This document shows positions 49,263 to 58,280 of a DNA stretch of 64,000 nt, in pieces. Made by a program: the position numbers and the translations under genes. The stretch lies in IMG/VR virus record IMGVR_UViG_3300028394_000069; one strand, given 5' to 3'. The notes under the pieces are model-generated. The model was not told where the DNA came from. It saw only the letters and a list, made by a program, of their open reading frames with translations, and ran no database searches. Every line of letters begins with the position of its first letter. Position 1 is the stretch's first letter. The stretch is from an uncultured virus (IMG/VR IMGVR_UViG_3300028394_000069) (lineage: Duplodnaviria > Heunggongvirae > Uroviricota > Caudoviricetes).

Positions 49263-49514
49263 TTAAATTGAATTTGCAATATATTTTCTTACTCTATTAG
49301 ATGCTACTTCATTATCATACTGCACGATATGATTCATAGTGTATCTAATATCTTGTGCATCAAATTCAGTGCAGGTACTCATTCGATGCAAAATAATATT
49401 AGCATAAGTTTTAGCATCGTTATCTGTTGATACATTAGTCAGGTTGTAGTTTTGAAAAACTTTAAAAATCTCTTCAGCGATTTTATCAAACGTTTTAGTA
49501 TTAATATTCAGCAT
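49263..49514 (-). CDS. Hypothetical protein
   Basis: Downstream of a tRNA. Confidence 0.55.
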   Translation of the reverse strand: MLNINTKTFDKIAEEIFKVFQNYNLTNVSTDNDAKTYANIILHRMSTCTEFDAQDIRYTMNHIVQYDNEVASNRVRKYIANSI

Positions 49515-49539
49515 TGGATGTTAGTTGATTATAAGAAAT

Positions 49540-49614
49540 TGGTTCTCCCACAGAGAATTGAACTCTGATCATTGGCTTATGAGGCCAAGGCTTTAACCAT
49601 TAAGCGATAGGAGA
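49540..49614 (-). tRNA. tRNA(CAT), probably Ile2 (lysidine)
   Basis: Cloverleaf with CTCATAA loop, C4:G69 and C5:G68 pairs and CCA; tilS is nearby. Confidence 0.85.
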
Positions 49615-49639
49615 ATATCTTTTCTATACTACTATTATA

Positions 49640-50116
49640 TCAGAGTTCGTTATTACCTTGGATAGCTTGCAAGAGTGCGCGTGCTACAACTCGATCCTTT
49701 TCCTTCTCATCATCTGGCAATTGACTGTATCCAATATTCATTAACTTTTCTCGCTGCGCTAGCTTTGCATCAAATTTACCATTGTCGCGTAGCTTCTGAG
49801 TATCATCAAATTGATCAGGGTCTTGTACAAATCGTTTAGCGGTTTCATTCCAGCCTTTATGAATAGCGTCACTAATGCGTTCAATATCAGTAATTCCTCT
49901 CGCTATAGCATCTGCGGCAAACTCAGCGCTCTTAAGATTTGCCTGCCATCCAAAGGTATTACTAGGCGTGCTTCTACCATATTGATATGCATTATCAAGC
50001 GCTTCATCGCTGATAGTAGCAAGCTGTTCGATTGTTTTATTTGAAGCTGTGTCAGTATCTTCTAAGATATTGTCGTATGCGGTGGCGATTAGTTCTGCGT
50101 CTTTTTTATGTTTCAT
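49640..50116 (-). CDS. RyR-domain-like protein
   Basis: IH.GW...YSQLPDDEKEKDR motif. Confidence 0.6.
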   Translation of the reverse strand: MKHKKDAELIATAYDNILEDTDTASNKTIEQLATISDEALDNAYQYGRSTPSNTFGWQANLKSAEFAADAIARGITDIERISDAIHKGWNETAKRFVQDPDQFDDTQKLRDNGKFDAKLAQREKLMNIGYSQLPDDEKEKDRVVARALLQAIQGNNEL

Positions 50117-50153
50117 AGTTTATAATAATATTATATCAGAGTTCGTTTAAATA

Positions 50154-50645
50154 TTATTTTTTGCGTTCATATTTTTCCGCATACGTCTTGAACACCGCGG
50201 CGCTATACAACTGTACAAATTTATCAGCAAACGCTCTTGCTTCAACCTCCCATGGGAAATCAAGATATTTTAAATGAGATTGAGTATTGGTAAAGTCTTT
50301 CTTTTTCCAGTACCAGATATCTTGATCGTATACTAGACTACCAGAGAGGAATTGCTTGATATGTCCAAGCTCATGAAAGACTGTCTTGATAACATCATCA
50401 ATACTTTCTCTAGGATCTACTTCAATGATATATAGCTTCTGCAATTTGTTGCCGAAAGCGCGACCACGTAAGTTTTTAGGCAACACTTTAACGTTTACTT
50501 GTAACGGTACAGGAAGTTTATCAAAGATATTTTTTAACTTGCTCCAACGCTCAATATTTTTTAAGAATAAAATTAAGCTATCTATAGTCGAGGCATATTT
50601 CTGGTAGTTTTTATTCTTAAACGTTTTTGAGATTGTAATTTGCAT
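50154..50645 (-). CDS. HExxH metallopeptidase-like protein
   Basis: HELGHIKQ and PWEVEA motifs; related to 58281-58745. Confidence 0.75.
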   Translation of the reverse strand: MQITISKTFKNKNYQKYASTIDSLILFLKNIERWSKLKNIFDKLPVPLQVNVKVLPKNLRGRAFGNKLQKLYIIEVDPRESIDDVIKTVFHELGHIKQFLSGSLVYDQDIWYWKKKDFTNTQSHLKYLDFPWEVEARAFADKFVQLYSAAVFKTYAEKYERKK

Positions 50646-50743
50646 TATTATGAGGTAATAATTATTATGAGGTAATAATTATTATGAGGTAATAATTATT
50701 ATGAGGTAATAATTATTATGAGGTAATAATTATTATGAGGTAA
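50644..50743. repeat. 17-bp tandem repeat, about 5.8 copies
   Basis: (attattatgaggtaata)n. Confidence 0.95.
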
Positions 50744-50747
50744 AAAA

Positions 50748-50829
50748 TAGGTAATGTAGGATTCGAACCTACTCATCCAAGGAAACAGATTTACAGTCTG
50801 TCGCAACTCTCCAACTTTGCCGATTACCT
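50748..50829 (-). tRNA. tRNA-Tyr(GTA)
   Basis: ACAGA-CTGTAAA-TCTGT anticodon arm with a long variable arm. Confidence 0.88.
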
Positions 50830-50838
50830 GTATTAAAT

Positions 50839-50913
50839 TGGCTCCTAGTCTTGGCACCGCCCCAAGCTCACACGGCGTAACAGGCCGGCCGCACGCTATG
50901 TGCGTTACTAGGA
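50839..50913 (-). tRNA. Non-canonical tRNA-Asn(GTT)
   Basis: TCCTAGT/ACTAGGA acceptor with G-CCA end, loop CTGTTAC, and T-loop GGCGGTG instead of TTCRANY. Confidence 0.7.
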
Positions 50914-50979
50914 ATATTATTATTGTCTATACTATATTTTATACTAGTTCGTTAAAAAATCTACTAGTATTGTTTCTTT

Positions 50980-51237
50980 TTAATCAGTTAACACCGCACT
51001 TTTTAGGTATTTACAAATATCGGTATACGACATCTGATTATAATCACCTGGTAGTGCAATATTGACGAGGTTAAGAACTTTGCAGTTACCGTTTCTATCT
51101 TTGTACAAAGTTCCTGAACAATTATTGGTCGAAAAATCTAAAAGATGTGCAACGTAACCTTCACTAAGTTTTGATTCTGAGACGGTGGTACCATTACGTC
51201 TCAACCATTCACTCATATACTTAATATTATTAATCAT
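50980..51237 (-). CDS. Hypothetical protein
   Basis: Co-oriented ORF. Confidence 0.5.
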   Translation of the reverse strand: MINNIKYMSEWLRRNGTTVSESKLSEGYVAHLLDFSTNNCSGTLYKDRNGNCKVLNLVNIALPGDYNQMSYTDICKYLKSAVLTD

Positions 51238-51239
51238 AG

Positions 51240-51482
51240 TTAAAGATATTCAGACATAGCATATACTTCACCATCGTCTTTATATGATGAAGTAAAAATA
51301 TTTTCATAAAACTTGCTAGCTGTTTTTTTGCTATATAAAAGTGAGCCATCTAAGTATAGATAAGAAACGCGGTTGGTGTATTCATCAGATGAGTTACCAC
51401 TAATAGTTTCTATATCATTAGCAGCTTCATTAAAAAATGAAACAGGTTCAAAAATCTCAGCGTTGGTAGTAATAGTCTGCAT
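51240..51482 (-). CDS. Hypothetical protein
   Basis: Co-oriented ORF. Confidence 0.5.
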   Translation of the reverse strand: MQTITTNAEIFEPVSFFNEAANDIETISGNSSDEYTNRVSYLYLDGSLLYSKKTASKFYENIFTSSYKDDGEVYAMSEYL

Positions 51483-51531
51483 TGTATTAATTATATTAGG
51501 TGTGATTGGTAGATTGATATGTATTTGGTTA

Positions 51532-51906
51532 TTATGCGCAGCAAATATTAGAAATTTGATGTATTAATGTATTCTCATCTCGCTCAATTACGTGTAGCTC
51601 ATTGTAAAGCTTAACGAGATCGCTTTCATAAGGGCACAAATCTTCATGATATCCTATATCATAGCAACGGTGCATTTCTTCTTCAAGCTTTTCAATATTA
51701 GCAAGTATTGTATCTTTTCGCTTCATATGTTCTGTTGGAATTAAGGTAAATAATCGGCCGAAAGTATGTCGTACTATTTTTTTACCGCAAGTAGTATTAG
51801 TTTCAATATTGCCGGTTGTATTGTAATCAGCTGATGGTTTCCAGCCTAGACCAGACAAGTTTAAAACCTTTTTGATATCTGTAATTGTTTTGAATTTAAA
51901 TTCCAT
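51532..51906 (-). CDS. Hypothetical protein
   Basis: Promoter copy at ~51915-51932. Confidence 0.6.
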   Translation of the reverse strand: MEFKFKTITDIKKVLNLSGLGWKPSADYNTTGNIETNTTCGKKIVRHTFGRLFTLIPTEHMKRKDTILANIEKLEEEMHRCYDIGYHEDLCPYESDLVKLYNELHVIERDENTLIHQISNICCA

Positions 51907-52071
51907 CTTTATATTATTATATTAGAGTTCGTTATTCATCATCTTCTGTAAGCTCATCAGGCTCAATTTCAATCACTTCATCTGTATCGTCTTCAATTTC
52001 ATAAGTAATAGACATGCTAGGTAATATATTAATTAAAGTATCTTCTATATTTATATTATATCTTAGTTCGT

Positions 52072-52698
52072 TTAAATTTTGTTGTAGAATTTTTTGCGGA
52101 CGATTTTTGTTAAACCAAATTGCGAAAATTGAGGTACAATATCATGTCGGATCCAATTTCGACGATATGATGTATCTACATTAGTTTCATCCTCTACAAT
52201 ATATTCCTGAAGATTATTATTTTCTGCGTATTCAACCAAATCAGCTTTTGTGGTGCGAATAAATGGTCTAATGATTGCGTACAAATCTAGCTGAGTAATG
52301 ACAGGAATAGGCATATACTCAGGACAACCTCTAAGCATATTCATAACATAACTCTCTACAGCATCATTAATATGATGACAGCAAATAATATTAGCGTTCA
52401 AAGTCTTAAAGAAGTTTAATCTATCAATTCGCAGACTATTTTCAATGCTACCTGTAATAGGCTTATCCTCTCTAATAGCTGATGAATAGTTAGCGTAGTT
52501 ATGATCGCAAAATTGCTTAACTTTAGCCTCCATTAGATCATTTTGCGGTCGAAGATTATGATTATAATGACATACACTTACCTTATCAGGTCCGTACAGA
52601 CGAATTAATAAATGAGCTGCTGCGATGCTATCAATGCCACCTGATACTGCTACCGTAAATTTATCTTTAGGTAAGATGTTTCTCGCAACATTAATCAT
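52072..52698 (-). CDS. tilS: tRNA(Ile)-lysidine synthetase (catalytic domain only)
   Basis: AVSGGIDS, HYNHNLR, HH.ND..E, IIRP and DETN....YRRN.IR motifs. Confidence 0.9.
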   Translation of the reverse strand: MINVARNILPKDKFTVAVSGGIDSIAAAHLLIRLYGPDKVSVCHYNHNLRPQNDLMEAKVKQFCDHNYANYSSAIREDKPITGSIENSLRIDRLNFFKTLNANIICCHHINDAVESYVMNMLRGCPEYMPIPVITQLDLYAIIRPFIRTTKADLVEYAENNNLQEYIVEDETNVDTSYRRNWIRHDIVPQFSQFGLTKIVRKKFYNKI

Positions 52699-52720
52699 AC
52701 TTAATTATATTATAGTTCAT

Positions 52721-52756
52721 AATGAACCCTCAGACTTGAATCTGAGGGTTCATTTT
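52721..52756. terminator. Hairpin terminator
   Basis: aatgaaccctcaga-cttgaa-tctgagggttcatt. Confidence 0.75.
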
Positions 52757-52825
52757 ATTACCTGCTGCTAACAACTCTATATGTTGGTAGCGTATATTGG
52801 ACTTGTTGACCTACTCGTAGTTGTG

Positions 52826-52896
52826 TTGTTTTGCAAGGATTCGAACCTCGACTAAGAGAATCAAAACCTCCTGTGCTACCATTACACCACAAAACA
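52826..52896 (-). tRNA. tRNA-Gln(TTG)
   Basis: TGTTTTG/CAAAACA acceptor and TTTTGAT anticodon loop. Confidence 0.85.
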
Positions 52897-52923
52897 AGAG
52901 TAACGACAATCAAATTAAGCATA

Positions 52924-53646
52924 TTAGAACTTAAAAGAAGCCTTAACACCAGCAGCAAAACCAGCATCTGTATTATGTACACCTTCATGTCCAAAGCTGT
53001 ACGATACAAAAGGTGAAGCAGTAACTCCAGAAGAGAATCGATAATTATAACTCAAGTCCGTGGTTGTATGAGCAAACTCGCCAGCTTCAATAAGAAAGCC
53101 TTCAGTAACGGTCCCGATAAGATATTGCGATTCATTTAGGACAAAGTTCTTGCTCAGAGCAAATTCACTATATCCATCATTATCTCCTTCAATAGAGATA
53201 AAGTACTTCAACGTTGACTTAATGTCAAAAGGCAAGACATATTCAACTCCAAGAGCAAGCTCTTGAGTATCCGCTCCAGCAACAGCGTTGTAATTATAAT
53301 AAGTATACTCAGCCGTGCCAGTAACTGGACCGAAGTCATGAACAACTCCAGCAGTAAAGTCAACTTCTGTACGATCAAAGTCTTCAGCACCAGCACCATA
53401 AGCGCCAATAACAATAGCAGTATTCTCTTCAAGACTTACACCAAATTGAAGACTACCTTCAAAAAGATTTTTACCACTCTTAACACCGCGCCAGATATAG
53501 TCTGTAGCATATCCAGCAGTTACTTGAGTACTTACTTCGTTAAGAGGACTTACTTGAGTAGGTACAGGTTCTTTTGGGCCGGCCCATGCAGGAGTACTGA
53601 ATGATAGGATTAGTGATGCGATTGTGGTTTTTAGTTTATGTTTCAT
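52924..53646 (-). CDS. Outer-membrane beta-barrel protein (TIGR02001/Gcw_chp-like)
   Basis: Signal peptide, YATDYIWRG, EVDF.AG, alternating beta strands and C-terminal Phe. Confidence 0.8.
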   Translation of the reverse strand: MKHKLKTTIASLILSFSTPAWAGPKEPVPTQVSPLNEVSTQVTAGYATDYIWRGVKSGKNLFEGSLQFGVSLEENTAIVIGAYGAGAEDFDRTEVDFTAGVVHDFGPVTGTAEYTYYNYNAVAGADTQELALGVEYVLPFDIKSTLKYFISIEGDNDGYSEFALSKNFVLNESQYLIGTVTEGFLIEAGEFAHTTTDLSYNYRFSSGVTASPFVSYSFGHEGVHNTDAGFAAGVKASFKF

Positions 53647-53694
53647 AATTTATTATTTTATACGGTTTGTTTTAAATATCTACTATTTAAATTT

Positions 53695-53770
53695 TGGTCC
53701 TCCAGGTTGGGGTTGAACCAACTGCCCAAAACTTATGAAGTTTTCGCTCTGACCGATGAGCTACTGGAGG
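53695..53770 (-). tRNA. tRNA-Met(CAT), elongator-like
   Basis: CCTCCAG/CTGGAGG acceptor, TTCATAA loop and CCA. Confidence 0.88.
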
Positions 53771-53956
53771 AAAATTATATTTAAGCTTTTGTTTGCATTG
53801 TTGCAATTAGATCTTCATACATTTTAATTAAATGTACTCGATCCTTATCAGTAGGCCATAACCGACTGCCTTTTCTATGTCGAGTTGGTTTTTGTAATTC
53901 AATAATTCTAGCTTGATGAGAGGCGATATCTACTTGAAGAGATGAGGTAGTTTTTT

Positions 53957-54211
53957 TCATTTGTTGCTGTAATAAACTTCGAGAGGGTGAAGATTAAGTT
54001 TAGTATTAGTTACTTTAGTTTTACGTAGGCCTTCATATTTGCCTCGAATACGCTCACCTTTAGCATTATAGAATCGAGCGAGGCTATAATTGTTACCATC
54101 AGTGATGATTTGTTGAATAAATTTAGATCTGTTTTGTTTTACCTTTTTAAGCTCATTATACTCAGAAGCTTTAAAAGTCAAAAATTGAATAATTGATTTA
54201 ATAATTAACAT
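53957..54211 (-). CDS. Basic hypothetical protein
   Basis: Promoter copy at ~54226-54243. Confidence 0.55.
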   Translation of the reverse strand: MLIIKSIIQFLTFKASEYNELKKVKQNRSKFIQQIITDGNNYSLARFYNAKGERIRGKYEGLRKTKVTNTKLNLHPLEVYYSNK

Positions 54212-54283
54212 CGTATTGTTCTTATATTATATGATAGTTCATTTTAATCCAGAGACTAATCTAGTTTTTTATTAAATAGTATT

Positions 54284-55714
54284 ATGTCTATTAATTCTGA
54301 CGTACGAGCACCGCTACCAACGATTGAGTACAACAAGTACGTCGAAATTGTTAACGACACTAATTTTCCAAAGCTGAGTACTACTCGACAGACTCCGTAC
54401 GGCGGTGTTGAAACGTTAGCATTTCCTAAGTATGCCATGCTAACGTATGATATTACAGCTGATCAGACAAATGGTTTACCGTTTGGAGACAATGCAGCAT
54501 TAGATGGTTTTGGTAAATTACGAGTCACATCTCCAAAGACTCTTTTTGATGCTAAGCAATTAACGGGTAAACTTCCTAATATCTTTGATGAAGTTATTAA
54601 TGGTACCGCTACAAGTGTCTGGCAGAAAGGTGATAGCTTAACTAAGATGACTACAGCCGCTAGTGGGGATTATGTCATACGACAAACATCAGCTCGATTT
54701 AATTATCAGCCCGGTAAATCAATGCTTGCTTATTTTACAGGAGTATTTGCTCCACAAGTTAATGTAACAAAACGGATTGGATTATTTCATGGCTTATCTT
54801 CCGCTCCGTATAATCCAGTTGATGGCATCTTTATTGAGTCAACGGATGGTCTGACAGGATATGTTGCATTTAGAGTATTAAAAGCAGAAGGTACATACTC
54901 TGCTTTATCAGCTGCTCAACCTGCGTGGAATTTAGATAGATTAGATGGTACAGGTCCTTCTGGATTAACCATCAATTTTAATTTTGCGCAGCTGTTAGTC
55001 ATTGATTATGAATGGCTAGGTGTTGGGAGAATTAGATGCGGTTTTAATATAGCAGGTAAAACTATATATGCTCATGAATTTACCCATACGGCAGGATTAA
55101 CGGTACCTTATATGACATCTGGTAATCAACCAGTACGTTATGAAATAAGACAGACTGGAGCAGGATCTGGTACAATGAGCCATATTTGTACTAGTGTTAT
55201 GTCTGAGGGAGGTGAGGAGTATATTGGTTCTCCTATTACAGCAGAACTTTCAGCAACTCCTGGTGCGGCGATGGTTGGTGTAACAACAAATGATCTAACA
55301 TTTAAACCAATTATTGCAGTAAGATTAAATCCAACAGCTAGTGATCTTAGCCTTGTAGCTAAAAGCGTTCATATCTTTAATTCAGGTGCTAATAGCGTTA
55401 TATATAGAATTGTTCAGAATCCTACTATAACAGGAGGCTCACTTGTGTATAATAATTTATTAGATACAGATTTAGTTCAGCTTGCGAACGGTAGCGCATC
55501 ACTCGGATTATCTGGCGGTACTAACTTAATGTCAGGCTTTGTAGATAATGGTAGATCTTCTGCTGCCGGAACTGGCGGAGGTGACCTATTAGGTGAGCTA
55601 GCTATACTCGGAACTCGTATTAACGGAACTCCTGATACTTTTGTTATAGCTGCTAAATCTATTACAGGTGCATCTACAGTTTTTGCTGCAATAGATATGA
55701 TATTAAGAAGTTAA
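54284..55714 (+). CDS. Probable virion structural protein (late gene inside the early region)
   Basis: D.FG.LRV..P.TLFD, YQPGK and DYEWLGVG motifs; TAAATA upstream. Confidence 0.65.
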   Translation: MSINSDVRAPLPTIEYNKYVEIVNDTNFPKLSTTRQTPYGGVETLAFPKYAMLTYDITADQTNGLPFGDNAALDGFGKLRVTSPKTLFDAKQLTGKLPNIFDEVINGTATSVWQKGDSLTKMTTAASGDYVIRQTSARFNYQPGKSMLAYFTGVFAPQVNVTKRIGLFHGLSSAPYNPVDGIFIESTDGLTGYVAFRVLKAEGTYSALSAAQPAWNLDRLDGTGPSGLTINFNFAQLLVIDYEWLGVGRIRCGFNIAGKTIYAHEFTHTAGLTVPYMTSGNQPVRYEIRQTGAGSGTMSHICTSVMSEGGEEYIGSPITAELSATPGAAMVGVTTNDLTFKPIIAVRLNPTASDLSLVAKSVHIFNSGANSVIYRIVQNPTITGGSLVYNNLLDTDLVQLANGSASLGLSGGTNLMSGFVDNGRSSAAGTGGGDLLGELAILGTRINGTPDTFVIAAKSITGASTVFAAIDMILRS

Positions 55715-55801
55715 TGGCAGAAGGTAAAAGAATCGAACTCTTATCCATTTTCCAGATAGCCAGGATTTCAAGTCCTGTTTGCTGCCTCAGCGCCACCTTC
55801 C
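55715..55801 (-). tRNA. tRNA-Ser(TGA)
   Basis: CAGGA-CTTGAAA-TCCTG anticodon arm, long variable arm, G73 and CCA. Confidence 0.88.
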
Positions 55802-55992
55802 GGTTTTCTATTTAATGTAAAGTTGGATTGCAGCCGTATATCTGCGTTAGGGAAAGTCCAACACTCTCCTGTTTCATCAAGGAACACGACCCATAATAGA
55901 TCGTGTTCCTGAGAATAGTCAATTACAAAATGAGCAAAGCCTTTACCTTTTGGTGTTAGTAGAGGTATGGTTGGTTGTAATTGAGTGAGCAT
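55768..55992 (-). CDS. Hypothetical protein overlapping tRNA-Ser
   Basis: TPKG.G.A...IDY..EHDL.WV...TGECW...N..IR motif. Confidence 0.7.
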   Translation of the reverse strand: MLTQLQPTIPLLTPKGKGFAHFVIDYSQEHDLLWVVFLDETGECWTFPNADIRLQSNFTLNRKPEGGAEAANRT

Positions 55993-56001
55993 TTTAATTA
56001 C

Positions 56002-56238
56002 TTAAACTGCTTCTACGGCTTCTACGGCTGGTTGACGAGCATTCTTCTCTGCAGTAATCTCTCCACGGCGCTGCTTAGCAAGCTTAATAATCTCTTGAAG
56101 AAAATTACGAGCTCGAGTGCTGGCAGATTTATTACCTTCAGTAAATTTAATGTCGTTCATCATAGCAGCATCGAGATGACCTTGAAGCTCGCTATAGGTT
56201 TTGTGTACGTCGGGTTGTTCTGTGTTTTGTGTTTCCAT
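56002..56238 (-). CDS. Histone H1-like (Hc1) small protein
   Basis: KF.EGNKSA.TRAR..LQEI.KLA...R.EI motif. Confidence 0.7.
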   Translation of the reverse strand: METQNTEQPDVHKTYSELQGHLDAAMMNDIKFTEGNKSASTRARNFLQEIIKLAKQRRGEITAEKNARQPAVEAVEAV

Positions 56239-56342
56239 ATTGGTTTTATTTGTTGTTGAGTTAAGTAGACGCTACTAGATTTTAACTAGTACTGGAGTAG
56301 AATTAGCTCTACTGCCTCTATTTGGGCTAAGCGTCTGTAAAT

Positions 56343-56634
56343 TGGTGCGGATGAGAGGACTCGAACCTCCAAATCAATTGATGACAGATTTTCTTACCAC
56401 TATAGCTTTCGCTACCATATCTGTTTGTGGTCTGGACTATACCTTAATCTTAGTATTACTACCTTAGATTCTCGCCGTCTAGTCTCTACACCTTCAAAGA
56501 TATTTCTATCTTAGCTTGGCTCGGTATTGGCATTTTAAAGCGTTCACCGAATTTGACGAGTTCTACTCCTGTCGTTTCCAACAAGGCACTCAATTTCTAC
56601 AAGTCTGTTGTGTTTACCATTTCACCACATCCGC
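56343..56634 (-). tRNA. tRNA-Leu(TAA) with an intron (exons 56634-56601 and 56392-56343)
   Basis: Splicing at T|AA restores ACAGA-CTTAAAA-TCTGT; CCA encoded. Confidence 0.92.
56393..56600 (-). ncRNA. Group I intron (208 nt, no ORF) in the tRNA-Leu anticodon
   Basis: 5' exon ends in U and the intron ends in G; core motifs AAATTCGGTGAA, AATACCGAGC, GTAGAGACTA and AAGGTATAGTCC. Confidence 0.9.
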
Positions 56635-56643
56635 ATTTAAATA

Positions 56644-57279
56644 TTATTTTTGCATATTATGTTTTGTTAAAAGTTTAGTTGCTCTTGAATAATTGCCGCC
56701 CTTAGGAGAGAGATTGACATGTATTAGTGCTTGTCTTATATTAGACTCCTTTATTAGAGATGCAAGTAAGATTTCATCAGAAACTTTGGTTTTACCTGTA
56801 TTTTTATTTTTACCACAATAAGTGTCGGTTAAAGAATGACAATTTGGACAAAGTAATCTTAGATTAGATAAAGTATTATTAAAATTATTTCCGTCAATAT
56901 GATCCAATTCTAAATTAAGCTTTTGTCCTCTCCATTCACTAAGGTTACAAATTACACATTTATCGTCTATAAAATATTCTCTTAATAGTAATTTTTTAAT
57001 TGCATGATTAGATAGAGTATTAGATTCACCGTTTATAAAGCGGCTAACTTGGTTTTGTTGTTTCGTTATAATAGATTTTTCTCTTGCTTCATCATTAAAA
57101 CCTCCATTTCGTTGATTCATATTATAACAATGCTTTAATCCAGTTGAGTTTTTAGATCTATTCGCTGGACACGAGTTCCAAGATTTATTACAGATATTTT
57201 TACCTTGCTTAGTTATAAACTTTGCTTCATTATTACAGCCATATTCACATTTCATATAAGTATTTAATATGGCATACAT
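56644..57279 (-). CDS. HNH homing endonuclease
   Basis: C..C...W....LELDHIDG...NN..NLRLLCPNCH motif. Confidence 0.9.
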   Translation of the reverse strand: MYAILNTYMKCEYGCNNEAKFITKQGKNICNKSWNSCPANRSKNSTGLKHCYNMNQRNGGFNDEAREKSIITKQQNQVSRFINGESNTLSNHAIKKLLLREYFIDDKCVICNLSEWRGQKLNLELDHIDGNNFNNTLSNLRLLCPNCHSLTDTYCGKNKNTGKTKVSDEILLASLIKESNIRQALIHVNLSPKGGNYSRATKLLTKHNMQK

Positions 57280-57342
57280 TGTTTTAATTAAAATATTGAT
57301 CTTTTATTAATTATATACTCCTTTTCTTGTTAATCTACTTTT

Positions 57343-57735
57343 TTAACAGATATATTCAGCTCCATTATAATACCAGATTTTTTTGTATCCTATGCTATTA
57401 AGCAAAGCTTGACAATTATCGCAAGGCTTTGATACAGCTACTTTATTTTGATTGTCAATACGAATATTAACGAATGTCAAATGCGCGCAATCTTCAAGTC
57501 CCATCTTAATAATAGCAGAGCATTCAGAATGGATACCTGCAATGTAGTTACCAGTATTGACTTTAGCTTTGTAATGACCAAATTTATGATAACGGTGTTG
57601 TTTAGAGTAATCATTATTTGCGATACAAACTAGCTTTTTTTTATTGAAGACAAACGTAGTATGAAAAGAACGACCGGTCTGATGGGTAGGCTTAAGAGCT
57701 TTCGTAATATTCTCAAGCTTGCGAAAATTAATCAT
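57343..57735 (-). CDS. Zn-dependent cytidine/nucleotide deaminase-fold protein
   Basis: HSE and SKPCDNC motifs. Confidence 0.8.
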   Translation of the reverse strand: MINFRKLENITKALKPTHQTGRSFHTTFVFNKKKLVCIANNDYSKQHRYHKFGHYKAKVNTGNYIAGIHSECSAIIKMGLEDCAHLTFVNIRIDNQNKVAVSKPCDNCQALLNSIGYKKIWYYNGAEYIC

Positions 57736-57745
57736 TTTTTAAAAG

Positions 57746-57820
57746 TGGTGCACGTAATAAGATTCGAACTTATGACCCCCTCTTTATCAATGAGGCGCTC
57801 TACCACTGAGCTATACGTGC
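57746..57820 (-). tRNA. tRNA-Ile(GAT)
   Basis: GCACGTA/TACGTGC acceptor, TTGATAA loop and CCA. Confidence 0.88.
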
Positions 57821-57830
57821 AATTAAAGAG

Positions 57831-57902
57831 AGGCTCGTGAGTGACTTGAACACTCCTCGTCGGATTACAAAACCGATGCATCGTCATCTATGCTTACGAG
57901 CC
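57831..57902 (-). tRNA. tRNA-Thr(TGT), atypical D-arm
   Basis: GGCTCGT/ACGAGCC acceptor, TTTGTAA loop, A8, and no GG in the D-loop. Confidence 0.7.
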
Positions 57903-57950
57903 AAATTTATATGCTATATAATCATTTTATATAGCATATGCAACCGAACC

Positions 57951-58190
57951 TTAAGCAAACTTAAGGCCTTGCTTATTAACCAATCGACCCAATGCGCGAG
58001 TATTAACTCGTTCCCACTCAGGCGTATCCAAGTTAGACATGTCTACAGTACCTTTAGTGCGATTAAGCATCCGAGTCATATTACCAAGTAGATGAAATTC
58101 ACCTTTGCTATCACGCTCAAGATAGACGTTAAAGAGCTTAGGATTTTTAGTTGCATTGCGATTTTTGAACCAGGCGGAGTTACGTTTCAT
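57951..58190 (-). CDS. Basic hypothetical protein
   Basis: Promoter copy at ~58256-58274 with an A-rich leader. Confidence 0.6.
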   Translation of the reverse strand: MKRNSAWFKNRNATKNPKLFNVYLERDSKGEFHLLGNMTRMLNRTKGTVDMSNLDTPEWERVNTRALGRLVNKQGLKFA

Positions 58191-58280
58191 ATGTTTGTTT
58201 TTGTTTTTTGTTTTTGTGTTGTTAGCAGAATTGCTAAAAGTTTCGTTATAATAATATTATATAGTAGTTCGTTTTAACAT

